From the human T2T-CHM13v2.0 reference genome, Homo sapiens: 64,000 nt of DNA. The position numbers and the translations under genes are program-made. Position 1 is the first letter of the stretch. Each line of letters opens with the position of its first letter. The notes beneath the pieces are model-generated. The model worked only from the letters and a program-made list of their open reading frames with translations, was not told where the DNA came from and did not search any database. The stretch is taken from assembly GCF_009914755.1 (NCBI RefSeq), contig NC_060925.1. One strand, given 5' to 3'. This document shows, piece by piece, positions 13,401-28,160 of this stretch.

Positions 13401-16400
13401 ATCATCGGATGGAAACGAATGGAATCATCATCGAATGGAAATGAAAGGAGTCATCATCTAATGCAATTGCATGGAATCATCATCAAATGGAATCGTATGG
13501 AATCAACATCAAATGGAATCTAATGGAATCATTGAACAGAATTGAATGGAATCGTCATCGAATGAATTGACTGCAATCATCGAATGGTCTCGAATGGAAT
13601 CATCTTCTAATGGAAAGGAATGGAATCATCGCATAGAATCGAATGGAATTATCATCGAATGGAATCGAATGGTATCAACACCAAACGGAAAAAAACGGAA
13701 TTATCGAAAGGAATCGAAGAGAATCTTCGAACGGACCCGAATGGAATCATCTAATGGAATGGAATGGAATAATCCATGGACTCGAATGCAATCATCATCG
13801 AATGGAATCGAATGGAATCATCGAATGGACTCGAATGGAATAATCATTGAACGGAATCGAATGGAATCATCATCGGATGGAAATGAATGGAATCATCATC
13901 GAATGGAATCGAATAGAATTATGGAATGAAATCCAGTGTGATCATCATCGAATGGACCCGAATGGAATCATCATCCAACAGAAGCTAATGGAATCAACAT
14001 CGAATGAATCGAATGGAAACACCATCGAATTCAAACGAATGGAATTACCATGAAATTGAAATGGATGGACTCATCCTCGAATGGATTCGGATGGAATCAT
14101 CGAATAAAATTGATTGAAATCATCATCGAATGGAATCGAATGGTATCATTGAATGGAATCGAATGGAATCATCATCAGATGGAAATGAATGGAATCGTCA
14201 TAGAATGGAATCGAATGGATTCATTGAATGGAATCAGATGGAATCATCGAATGGACTGGAATGGAATCATTGAATGGACTCGAAAGGGATCATGATTGAA
14301 TGGAATTGAATGGAATCATCGAATGGTCTCGATTGGAATCATTATTAAATGGAATCGAATGGAATCACCGAATAGAATCGAATGGAACAATCATCGAATG
14401 GACTCAAATGGAATTATCCTCCAATGGAATCGAATGGAATTATCAAATGCAATCGAATGGAATTATCGAATGCAATCGAATAGAATCATCGAATGGACTC
14501 GAATGGAATCATCGAATGGAATGGAATGGAACAGTCAATGAACTCGAATGGAATCATCATTGAATGGAATCGAATGTAATCATCGAGTGGAATCGAATGG
14601 AATTATGATCAAATGGAATCGAATGTAATCATCATCAAATGGAATCAAAAATAACCATCATCAATTGGTATTGAATGGAATTGTCATCAAATGGAATTCA
14701 AAGGAATCATCATCAAATGGAACCGAATGGAATCCTCATTGAATGGAAATGAAAGGGGTCATCATCTAATGGAATCGCATGGAATCATCATCAAATGGAA
14801 TCGAATGGAATCATCATCAAATGGAATCTAATGGAATCATTGAACAGAATTGAATGGAATCGTCATCGAATGAATTGAATGCAATCATCGAATGGTCTCG
14901 AATGGAATCATCTTCTAATGGAAAGGAATGGAATCATCGCATAGAATCGAATGGAATTATCATCGAATGGAATCGAATGGTATCAACACCAAACGGAAAA
15001 AAACGGAATTATCGAATGGAATCGAAGAGAATCTTCGAACGGACCCGAATGGAATCATCTAATGGAATGGAATGGAATAATCCATGGACTCGAATGCAAT
15101 CATCATCGAATGGAATCGAATGGAATCATCGAATGGACTCGAATGGAATAATCATTGAACGGAATCGAATGGAATCATCATCGGATGGAAACGAATGGAA
15201 TCATCATCGAATGGAAATGAAAGGAGTCATCATCTAATGGAATTGCATGGAATCATCATAAAATGGAATCGAATGGAATCAACATCAAATGGAATCAAAT
15301 GGAATCATTGAACGGAATTGAATGGAATCGTCATCGAATGAATTGACTGCAATCATCGAATGATCTCGAATGGAATCATCTTCAAATGGAATGGAATGGA
15401 ATCATCGCATAGAATCGAATGGAATTATCATCGAATGGAATCGAATGGAATCAACATCAAACGGAAAAAAACGCAATTATCGAATGGAATCGAAGAGAAT
15501 CATCGAATGGACCCGAATGGAATCATCTAATGGAATGGAATGGAATAATCCATGGACTCGAATGCAATCATCATCGAATGGAATCGAATGGAATCATCGA
15601 ATGGACTCGAATGGAATAATCATTGAACGGAATCGAATGGAATCATCATCGGATGGAAATGAATGGAATCATCATCGAATGGAATCGAATAGAATTATGG
15701 AATGAAATCCAGTGTGATCATCATCGAATGGACCCGAATGGAATCATCATCCAACGGAAGCTAATGGAATCAACATCGAATGAATCGAATGGAAACACCA
15801 TCGAATTGAAACGAATGGAATTATCATGAAATTGAAATGGATGGACTCATCATCGAATGGATTCGAATGGAATCATCGAATAAAATTGATTGAAATCATC
15901 ATCGAATGGAATCGAATGGTATCATTGAATGGAATCGAATGGAATCATCATCAGATGGAAATGAATGGAATCGTCATAGAATGGAATCGAATGGATTCAT
16001 TGAATGGAATCAGATGGAATCATCGAATGGACTGGAATGGAATCATTGAATGGACTCGAAAGGGATCATGATTGAATGGAATTGAATGGAATCATCGAAT
16101 GGTCTCGATTGGAATCATTACCAAATGGAATCGAATGGAATCACCGAATAGAATCGAATGGAACAATCATCGAATGGACTCAAATGGAATTATCCTCAAA
16201 TGGAATCGAATGGAATTATCGAATGCAATCGAATGGAATTATCGAATGCAATCGAATAGAATCATCGAAAGGACTCGAATGGAATCATCGAATGGAATGG
16301 AATGGAACAGTCAATGAACTCGAATGGAATCATCATTGAATGGAATCATCGAGTGGAATCGAATGGAATTATGATCAAATGGAATCGAATGTAATCATCC

Positions 16401-19400
16401 TCAAATGGAATCAAAAATAACCATCATCAATTGGTATTGAATGGAATTGTCATCAAATGGAATTCAAAGGAATCATCATCAAATGGAACCGAATGGAATC
16501 CTCATTGAATGGAAATGAAAGGGGTCATCATCTAATGGAATCGCATGGAATCATCATCAAATGGAATCGAATGGAATCATCATCAAATGGAATCTAATGG
16601 AATCATTGAACAGAATTGAATGGAATCGTCATCGAATGAATTGAATGCAATCATCGAATGGTCTCGAATGGAATCATCTTCTAATGGAAAGGAATGGAAT
16701 CATCGCATAGAATCGAATGGAATTATCATCGAATGGAATCGAATGGTATCAACACCAAACGGAAAAAAACGGAATTATCGAATGGAATCGAAGAGAATCT
16801 TCGAACGGACCCGAATGGAATCATCTAATGGAATGGAATGGAATAATCCATGGACTCGAATGCAATCATCATGGAATGGAATCGAATGGAATCATCGAAT
16901 GGACTCAAATGGAATAATCATTGAACAGAATCGAATGGAATCATCATCGGATGGAAACGAATGGAATCATCATCGAATGGAAATGAAAGGAGTCATCATC
17001 TAATGGAATTGCATGGAATCATCATAAAATGGAATCGAATGGAATCAACATCAAATGGAATCAAATGGAATCATTGAACGGAATTGAATGGAATCGTCAT
17101 CGAATGAATTGACTGCAATCATCGAATGTTCTCGAATGGAATCATCTTCAAATGGAATGGAATGGAATCATCGCATAGAATCGAATGGAATTATCATCGA
17201 ATGGAATCGAATGGAATCAACATCAAACGGAAAAAAACGCAATTATCGAATGGAATCGAAGAGAATCATCGAATGGACCCGAATGGAATCATCTAATGGA
17301 ATGGAATGGAATAATCCATGGACTCGAATGCAATCATCATCGAATGGAATCGAATGGAATCATCGAATGGACTCGAATGGAATAATCATTGAACGGAATC
17401 GAATGGAATCATCATCGGATGGAAATGAATGGAATCATCATCGAATGGAATCGAATAGAATTATGGAATGAAATCCAGTGTGATCATCATCGAATGGACC
17501 CGAATGGAATCATCATCCAACGGAAGCTAATGGAATCAACATCGAATGAATCGAATGGAAACACCATCGAATTGAAACGAATGGAATTATCATGAAATTG
17601 AAATGGATGGACTCATCATCGAATGGATTCGAATGGAATCATCGAATAAAATTGATTGAAATCATCATCGAATGGAATCGAATGGTATCATTGAATGGAA
17701 TCGAATGGAATCATCATCAGATGGAAATGAATGGAATCGTCATAGAATGGAATCGAATGGATTCATTGAATGGAATCAGATGGAATCATCGAATGGACTG
17801 GAATGGAATCATTGAATGGACTCGAAAGGGATCATGATTGAATGGAATTGAATGGAATCATCGAATGGTCTCGATTGGAATCATTATCAAATGGAATCGA
17901 ATGGAATCACCGAATAGAATCGAATGGAACAATCATCGAATGGACTCAAATGGAATTATCCTCAAATGGAATCGAATGGAATTATCGAATGCAATCGAAT
18001 GGAATTATCGAATGCAATCGAATAGAATCATCGAAAGGACTCGAATGGAATCATCGAATGGAATGGAATGGAACAGTCAATGAACTCGAATGGAATCATC
18101 ATTGAATGGAATCGAATGGAATCATCGAGTGGAATCGAATGGAATTATGATCAAATGGAATCGAATGTAATCATCATCAAATGGAATCAAAAATAACCAT
18201 CATCAATTGGTATTGAATGGAATTGTCATCAAATGGAATTCAAAGGAATCATCATCAAATGGAACCGAATGGAATCCTCATTGAATGGAAATGAAAGGGG
18301 TCATCATCTAATGGAATCGCATGGAATCATCATCAAATGGAATCGAATGGAATCATCATCAAATGGAATCTAATGGAATCATTGAACAGAATTGAATGGA
18401 ATCGTCATCGAATGAATTGAATGCAATCATCGAATGGTCTCGAATGGAATCATCTTCTAATGGAAAGGAATGGAATCATCGCATAGAATCGAATGGAATT
18501 ATCATCGAATGGAATCGAATGGTATCAACACCAAACGGAAAAAAACGGAATTATCGAATGGAATCGAAGAGAATCTTCGAACGGACCCGAATGGAATCAT
18601 CTAATGGAATGGAATGGAATAATCCATGGACTCGAATGCAATCATCATCGAATGGAATGGAATGGAATCATCGAATGGACTCGAATGGAATAATCATTGA
18701 ACGGAATCGAATGGAATCATCATCGGATGGAAACGAATGGAATCATCATCGAATGGAAATGAAAGGAGTCATCATCTAATGGAATTGCATGGAATCATCA
18801 TAAAATGGAATCGAATGGAATCAACATCAAATGGAATCAAATGGAATCATTGAACGGAATTGAATGGAATCGTCATCGAATGAATTGACTGCAATCATCG
18901 AATGTTCTCGAATGGAATCATCTTCAAATGGAATGGAATGGAATCATCGCATAGAATCGAATGGAATTATCATCGAATGGAATCGAATGGAATCAACATC
19001 AAACGGAAAAAAACGGAATTATCGTATGGAATCGAAGAGAATCATCGAATGGACCCGAATGGAATCATCTAATGGAATGGAATGGAATAATCCATGGACT
19101 CGAATGCAATCATCATCGAATGAAATCGAATGGAATCATCGAATGGACTCGAATGGAATAATCATTGAACGGAATCGAATGGAATCATCATCGGATGGAA
19201 ATGAATGGAATCATCATCGAATGGAATCGAATAGAATTATGGAATGAAATCCAGTGTGATCATCATCGAATGGACCCGAATGGAATCATCATCCAACGGA
19301 AGCTAATGGAATCAACATCGAATGAATCAAATGGAAACACCATCGAATTGAAACGAATGGAATTATCATGAAATTGAAATGGATGGACTCATCATCGAAT

Positions 19401-20171
19401 GGATTCGAATGGAATCATCGAATAAAATTGATTGAAATCATCATCGAATGGAATCGAATGGTATCATTGAATGGAATCGAATGGAATCATCATCAGATGG
19501 AAATGAATGGAATCGTCATAGAATGGAATCGAATGGATTCATTGAATGGAATCAGATGGAATCATCGAATGGACTGGAATGGAATCATTGAATGGACTCG
19601 AAAGGGATCATGATTGAATGGAATTGAATGGAATCATGGAATGGTCTCGATTGGAATCATTATCAAATGGAATCGAATGGAATCACCGAATAGAATCGAA
19701 TGGAACAATCATCGAATGGACTCAAATGGAATTATCCTCAAATGGAATCGAATGGAATTATCGAATGCAATCGAATGGAATTATCGAATGCAATCGAATA
19801 GAATCATCGAAAGGACTCGAATGGAATCATCGAATGGAATGGAATGGAACAGTCAATGAACTCGAATGGAATCATCATTGAATGGAATCGAATGGAATCA
19901 TCGAGTGGAATCGAATGGAATTATGATCAAATGGAATCGAATGTAATCATCATCAAATGGAATCAAAAATAACCATCATCAATTGGTATTGAATGGAATT
20001 GTCATCAAATGGAATTCAAAGGAATCATCATCAAATGGAACCGAATGGAATCCTCATTGAATGGAAATGAAAGGGGTCATCATCTAATGGAATCGCATGG
20101 AATCATCATCAAATGGAATCGAATGGAATCATCATCAAATGGAATCTAATGGAATCATTGAACAGAATTGA

Positions 20172-21502
20172 ATGGAATCGTCATCGAATGAATTGAATGC
20201 AATCATCGAATGGTCTCGAATGGAATCATCTTCTAATGGAAAGGAATGGAATCATCGCATAGAATCGAATGGAATTATCATCGAATGGAATCGAATGGTA
20301 TCAACACCAAACGGAAAAAAACGGAATTATCGAATGGAATCGAAGAGAATCTTCGAACGGACCCGAATGGAATCATCTAATGGAATGGAATGGAATAATC
20401 CATGGACTCGAATGCAATCACCATCGAATGGAATCGAATGGAATCATCGAATGGACTCGAATGGAATAATCATTGAACGGAATCGAATGGAATCATCATC
20501 GGATGGAAATGAATGGAATCATCATCGAATGGAATCGAATAGAATTATGGAATGAAATCCAGTGTGATCATCATCGAATGGACCCGAATGGAATCATCAT
20601 CCAACGGAAGCTAATGGAATCAACATCGAATGAATCGAATGGAAACACCATCGAATTGAAACGAATGGAATTATCATGAAATTGAAATGGATGGACTCAT
20701 CATCGAATGGATTCGAATGGAATCATCGAATAAAATTGATTGAAATCATCATCAAATGGAATCGAATGGTATCATTGAATGGAATCGAATGGAATCATCA
20801 TCAGATGGAAATGAATGGAATCGTCATAGAATGGAATCGAATGGATTCATTGAATGGAATCAGATGGAATCATCGAATGGACTGGAATGGAATCATTGAA
20901 TGGACTCGAAAGGGATCATTATTGAATGGAATTGAATGGAATCATCGAATGGTCTCGATTGGAATCATTACCAAATGGAATCGAATGGAATCACCGAATA
21001 GAATCGAATGGAACAATCATCGAATGGACTCAAATGGAATTATCCTCCAATGGAATCGAATGGAATTATCGAATGCAATCGAATGGAATTATCGAATGCA
21101 ATCGAATGGAATTATCGAATGCAATCGAATAGAATCATCGAATGGACTCGAATGGAATCATCGAATGGAATGGAATGGAACAGTCAATGAACTCGAATGG
21201 AATCATCATTGAATGGAATCGAATGGAATCATCGAGTGGAATCGAATGGAATTATGATCAAATGGAATCTAATGGAATCATCATCAAATGGAATCAAAAA
21301 TAACCATCATCAATTGGTATTGAATGGAATTGTCATCAAATGGAATTCAAAGGAATCATCATCAAATGGAACCGAATGGAATCCTCATTGAATGGAAATG
21401 AAAGGGGTCATCATCTAATGGAATCGCATGGAATCATCATCAAATGGAATCGAATGGAATCATCATCAAATGGAATCTAATGGAATCATTGAACAGAATT
21501 GA
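20172..21502 (+). repeat. 1331-bp variant monomer (one 468-bp sub-repeat missing, one extra 23-mer), copy 1
   Basis: Landmark spacing 20172 to 21503 is 1331 = 1776 - 468 + 23. There is a single A/B hybrid sub-repeat and three copies of gaatggaattatcgaatgcaatc at 21058-21126. Confidence 0.92.
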
Positions 21503-24500
21503 ATGGAATCGTCATCGAATGAATTGAATGCAATCATCGAATGGTCTCGAATGGAATCATCTTCTAATGGAAAGGAATGGAATCATCGCATAGAATCGAA
21601 TGGAATTATCATCGAATGGAATCGAATGGTATCAACACCAAACGGAAAAAAACGGAATTATCGAATGGAATCGAAGAGAATCTTCGAACGGACCCGAATG
21701 GAATCATCTAATGGAATGGAATGGAATAATCCATGGACTCGAATGCAATCATCATCGAATGGAATCGAATGGAGTCATCGAATGGACTCGAATGGAATAA
21801 TCATTGAACGGAATCGAATGGAAACATCATCGGATGGAAACGAATGGAATCATCATCGAATGGAAATGAAAGGAGTCATCATCTAATGGAATTGCATGGA
21901 ATCATCATAAAATGGAATCGAATGGAATCAACATCAAATGGAATCAAATGGAATCATTGAACGGAATTGAATGGAATCGTCATCGAATGAATTGACTGCA
22001 ATCATCGAATGGTCTCGAATGGAATCATCTTCAAATGGAATGGAATGGAATCATCGCATAGAATCGAATGGAATTATCATCGAATGGAATCGAATGGAAT
22101 CAACATCAAACGGAAAAAAACAGAATTATCGTATGGAATCTAAGAGAATCATCGAATGGACCCGAATGGAATCATCTAATGGAATGGAATGGAATAATCC
22201 ATGGACTCGAATGCAATCATCATCGAATGGAATCGAATGGAATCATCGAATGGACTCGAATGGAATAATCATTGAACGGAATCGAATGGAATCATCATCG
22301 GATGGAAATGAATGGAATCATCATCGAATGGAATCGAATAGAATTATGGAATGAAATCCAGTGTGATCATCATCGAATGGACCCGAATGGAATCATCATC
22401 CAACGGAAGCTAATGGAATCAACATCGAATGAATCGAATGGAAACACCATCGAATTGAAACGAATGGAATTATCATGAAATTGAAATGGATGGACACATC
22501 ATCGAATGGATTCGAATGGAATCATCGAATAAAATTGATTGAAATCATCATCAAATGGAATCGAATGGTATCATTGAATGGAATCGAATGGAATCATCAT
22601 CAGATGGAAATGAATGGAATCGTCATAGAATGGAATCGAATGGATTCTTTGAATGGAATCAGATGGAATCATCGAATGGACTGGAATGGAATCATTGAAT
22701 GGACTCGAAAGGGATCATTATTGAATGGAATTGAATGGAATCATCGAATGGTCTCGATTGGAATCATTATCAAATGGAATCGAATGGAATCACCGAATAG
22801 AATCGAATGGAACAATCATCGAATGGACTCAAATGGAATTATCCTCAAATGGAATCGAATGGAATTATCGAATGCAATCGAATGGAATTATCGAATGCAA
22901 TCGAATAGAATCATCGAATGGACTCGAATGGAATCATCGAATGGAATGGAATGGAACAGTCAATGAACTCGAATGGAATCATCATTGAATGGAATCGAAT
23001 GGAATCATCGAGTGGAATCGAATGGAATTATGATCAAATGGAATCGAATGTAATCATCATCAAATGGAATCAAAAATAACCATCATCAATTGGTATTGAA
23101 TGGAATTGTCATCAAATGGAATTCAAAGGAATCATCATCAAATGGAACCGAATGGAATCCTCATTGAATGGAAATGAAAGGGGTCATCATCTAATGGAAT
23201 CGCATGGAATCATCATCAAATGGAATCGAATGGAATCATCATCAAATGGAATCTAATGGAATCATTGAACAGAATTGAATGGAATCGTCATCGAATGAAT
23301 TGAATGCAATCATCGAATGGTCTCGAATGGAATCATCTTCTAATGGAAAGGAATGGAATCATCGCATAGAATCGAATGGAATTATCATCGAATGGAATCG
23401 AATGGTATCAACACCAAACGGAAAAAAACGGAATTATCGAATGGAATCGAAGAGAATCTTCGAACGGACCCGAATGGAATCATCTAATGGAATGGAATGG
23501 AATAATCCATGGACTCGAATGCAATCATCATCGAATGGAATCGAATGGAATCATCGAATGGACTCGAATGGAATAATCATTGAACGGAATCGAATGGAAT
23601 CATCATCGGATGGAAATGAATGGAATCATCATCGAATGGAAATGAAAGGAGTCATCATCTAATGGAATTGCATGGAATCATCATAAAATGGAATCGAATG
23701 GAATCAACATCAAATGGAATCAAATGGAATCATTGAACGGAATTGAATGGAATCGTCATCGAATGAATTGACTGCAATCATCGAATGTTCTCGAATGGAA
23801 TCATCTTCAAATGGAATGGAATGGAATCATCGCATAGAATCGAATGGAATTATCATCGAATGGAATCGAATGGAATCAACATCAAACGGAAAAAAACGGA
23901 ATTATCGAATGGAATCGAAGAGAATCATCGAATGGACCCGAATGGAATCATCTAATGGAATGGAATGGAATAATCCATGGACTCGAATGCAATCATCATC
24001 GAATGGAATCGAATGGAATCATCGAATGGACTCGAATGGAATAATCATTGAACGGAATCGAATGGAATCATCATCGGATGGAAATGAATGGAATCATCAT
24101 CGAATGGAATCGAATAGAATTATGGAATGAAATCCAGTGTGATCATCATCGAATGGACCCGAATGGAATCATCATCCAACGGAAGCTAATGGAATCAACA
24201 TCGAATGAATCGAATGGAAACACCATCGAATTGAAACGAATGGAATTATCATGAAATTGAAATGGATGGACTCATCATCGAATGGATTCGAATGGAATCA
24301 TCGAATAAAATTGATTGAAATCATCATCGAATGGAATCGAATGGTATCATTGAATGGAATCGAATGGAATCATCATCAGATGGAAATGAATGGAATCGTC
24401 ATAGAATGGAATCGAATGGATTCATTGAATGGAATCAGATGGAATCATCGAATGGACTGGAATGGAATCATTGAATGGACTCGAAAGGGATCATTATTGA

Positions 24501-26829
24501 ATGGAATTGAATGGAATCATCGAATGGTCTCGATTGGAATCATTACCAAATGGAATCGAATGGAATCACCGAATAGAATCGAATGGAACAATCATCGAAT
24601 GGACTCAAATGGAATTATCCTCAAATGGAATCGAATGGAATTATCGAATGCAATCGAATGGAATTATCGAATGCAATCGAATAGAATCATCGAAAGGACT
24701 CGAATGGAATCATCGAATGGAATGGAATGGAACAGTCAATGAACTCGAATGGAATCATCATTGAATGGAATCGAATGGAATCATCGAGTGGAATCGAATG
24801 GAATTATGATCAAATGGAATCGAATGTAATCATCATCAAATGGAATCAAAAATAACCATCATCAATTGGTATTGAATGGAATTGTCATCAAATGGAATTC
24901 AAAGGAATCATCATCAAATGGAACCGAATGGAATCCTCATTGAATGGAAATGAAAGGGGTCATCATCTAATGGAATCGCATGGAATCATCATCAAATGGA
25001 ATCGAATGGAATCATCATCAAACGAATCTAATGGAATCATTGAACAGAATTGAATGGAATCGTCATCGAATGAATTGAATGCAATCATCGAATGGTCTCG
25101 AATGGAATCATCTTCTAATGGAAAGGAATGGAATCATCGCATAGAATCGAATGGAATTATCATCGAATGGAATCGAATGGTATCAACACCAAACGGAAAA
25201 AAACGGAATTATCGAATGGAATCGAAGAGAATCTTCGAACGGACCCGAATGGAATCATCTAATGGAATGGAATGGAATAATCCATGGACTCGAATGCAAT
25301 CATCATCGAATGGAATCGAATGGAGTCATCGAATGGACTCGAATGGAATAATCATTGAACGGAATCGAATGGAAACATCATCGGATGGAAACGAATGGAA
25401 TCATCATCGAATGGAAATGAAAGGAGTCATCATCTAATGGAATTGCATGGAATCATCATAAAATGGAATCGAATGGAATCAACATCAAATGGAATCAAAT
25501 GGAATCATTGAACGGAATTGAATGGAATCGTCATCGAATGAATTGACTGCAATCATCGAATGTTCTCGAATGGAATCATCTTCAAATGGAATGGAATGGA
25601 ATCATCGCATAGAATCGAATGGAATTATCATCGAATGGAATCGAATGGAATCAACATCAAACGGAAAAAAACGCAATTATCGAATGGAATCGAAGAGAAT
25701 CATCGAATGGACCCGAATGGAATCATCTAATGGAATGGAATGGAATAATCCATGGACTCGAATGCAATCATCATCGAATGGAATCGAATGGAATCATCGA
25801 ATGGACTCGAATGGAATAATCATTGAACGGAATCGAATGGAATCATCATCGGATGGAAATGAATGGAATCATCATCCAATGGAATCGAATAGAATTATGG
25901 AATGAAATCCAGTGTGATCATCATCGAATGGACCCGAATGGAATCATCATCCAACGGAAGCTAATGGAATCAACATCGAATGAATCGAATGGAAACACCA
26001 TCGAATTGAAACGAATGGAATTATCATGAAATTGAAATGGATGGACTCATCATCGAATGGATTCGAATGGAATCATCGAATAAAATTGATTGAAATCATC
26101 ATCGAATGGAATCGAATGGTATCATTGAATGGAATCGAATGGAATCATCATCAGATGGAAATGAATGGAATCGTCATAGAATGGAATCGAATGGATTCAT
26201 TGAATGGAATCAGATGGAATCATCGAATGGACTGGAATGGAATCATTGAATGGACTCGAAAGGGATCATGATTGAATGGAATTGAATGGAATCATCGAAT
26301 GGTCTCGATTGGAATCATTATCAAATGGAATCGAATGGAATCACCGAATAGAATCGAATGGAACAATCATCGAATGGACTCAAATGGAATTATCCTCAAA
26401 TGGAATCGAATGGAATTATCGAATGCAATCGAATGGAATTATCGAATGCAATCGAATAGAATCATCGAAAGGACTCGAATGGAATCATCGAATGGAATGG
26501 AATGGAACAGTCAATGAACTCGAATGGAATCATCATTGAATGGAATCGAATGGAATCATCGAGTGGAATCGAATGGAATTATGATCAAATGGAATCGAAT
26601 GTAATCATCATCAAATGGAATCAAAAATAACCATCATCAATTGGTATTGAATGGAATTGTCATCAAATGGAATTCAAAGGAATCATCATCAAATGGAACC
26701 GAATGGAATCCTCATTGAATGGAAATGAAAGGGGTCATCATCTAATGGAATCGCATGGAATCATCATCAAATGGAATCGAATGGAATCATCATCAAATGG
26801 AATCTAATGGAATCATTGAACAGAATTGA

Positions 26830-28160
26830 ATGGAATCGTCATCGAATGAATTGAATGCAATCATCGAATGGTCTCGAATGGAATCATCTTCTAATGGAAA
26901 GGAATGGAATCATCGCATAGAATCGAATGGAATTATCATCGAATGGAATCGAATGGTATCAACACCAAACGGAAAAAAACGGAATTATCGAATGGAATCG
27001 AAGAGAATCTTCGAACGGACCCGAATGGAATCATCTAATGGAATGGAATGGAATAATCCATGGACTCGAATGCAATCACCATCGAATGGAATCGAATGGA
27101 ATCATCGAATGGACTCGAATGGAATAATCATTGAACGGAATCGAATGGAATCATCATCGGATGGAAATGAATGGAATCATCATCGAATGGAATCGAATAG
27201 AATTATGGAATGAAATCCAGTGTGATCATCATCGAATGGACCCGAATGGAATCATCATCCAACGGAAGCTAATGGAATCAACATCGAATGAATCGAATGG
27301 AAACACCATCGAATTGAAACGAATGGAATTATCATGAAATTGAAATGGATGGACTCATCATCGAATGGATTCGAATGGAATCATCGAATAAAATTGATTG
27401 AAATCATCATCAAATGGAATCGAATGGTATCATTGAATGGAATCGAATGGAATCATCATCAGATGGAAATGAATGGAATCGTCATAGAATGGAATCGAAT
27501 GGATTCATTGAATGGAATCAGATGGAATCATCGAATGGACTGGAATGGAATCATTGAATGGACTCGAAAGGGATCATTATTGAATGGAATTGAATGGAAT
27601 CATCGAATGGTCTCGATTGGAATCATTACCAAATGGAATCGAATGGAATCACCGAATAGAATCGAATGGAACAATCATCGAATGGACTCAAATGGAATTA
27701 TCCTCCAATGGAATCGAATGGAATTATCGAATGCAATCGAATGGAATTATCGAATGCAATCGAATGGAATTATCGAATGCAATCGAATAGAATCATCGAA
27801 TGGACTCGAATGGAATCATCGAATGGAATGGAATGGAACAGTCAATGAACTCGAATGGAATCATCATTGAATGGAATCGAATGGAATCATCGAGTGGAAT
27901 CGAATGGAATTATGATCAAATGGAATCTAATGGAATCATCATCAAATGGAATCAAAAATAACCATCATCAATTGGTATTGAATGGAATTGTCATCAAATG
28001 GAATTCAAAGGAATCATCATCAAATGGAACCGAATGGAATCCTCATTGAATGGAAATGAAAGGGGTCATCATCTAATGGAATCGCATGGAATCATCATCA
28101 AATGGAATCGAATGGAATCATCATCAAATGGAATCTAATGGAATCATTGAACAGAATTGA
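26830..28160 (+). repeat. 1331-bp variant monomer, copy 2
   Basis: Spacing 26830 to 28161; triple 23-mer at 27716-27784; same 'caatcaccatcg' variant as copy 1. Confidence 0.92.

Larger units (their letters stand above)
1..15360 (+). repeat. 3552-bp dimeric higher-order repeat (2 x 1776), ~4.3 copies
   Basis: Diagnostic variants alternate with period 3552: 'gaacacgaa' at ~2110/5662/9214/12766, 'gaattcaaac' at 3371/6923/10475/14027, and 'cgaaaggaatc' at ~3050/6602/10154/13706. The ORF translations repeat at the same period. Confidence 0.92.

Noticed and set aside
20676-21212. Longer 163-178-aa ORFs suggesting an emerging gene
   Set aside because: They result from a single tga>tta SNP joining two pseudo-ORFs, plus a 23-bp frameshift. 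There is no sign of coding constraint.
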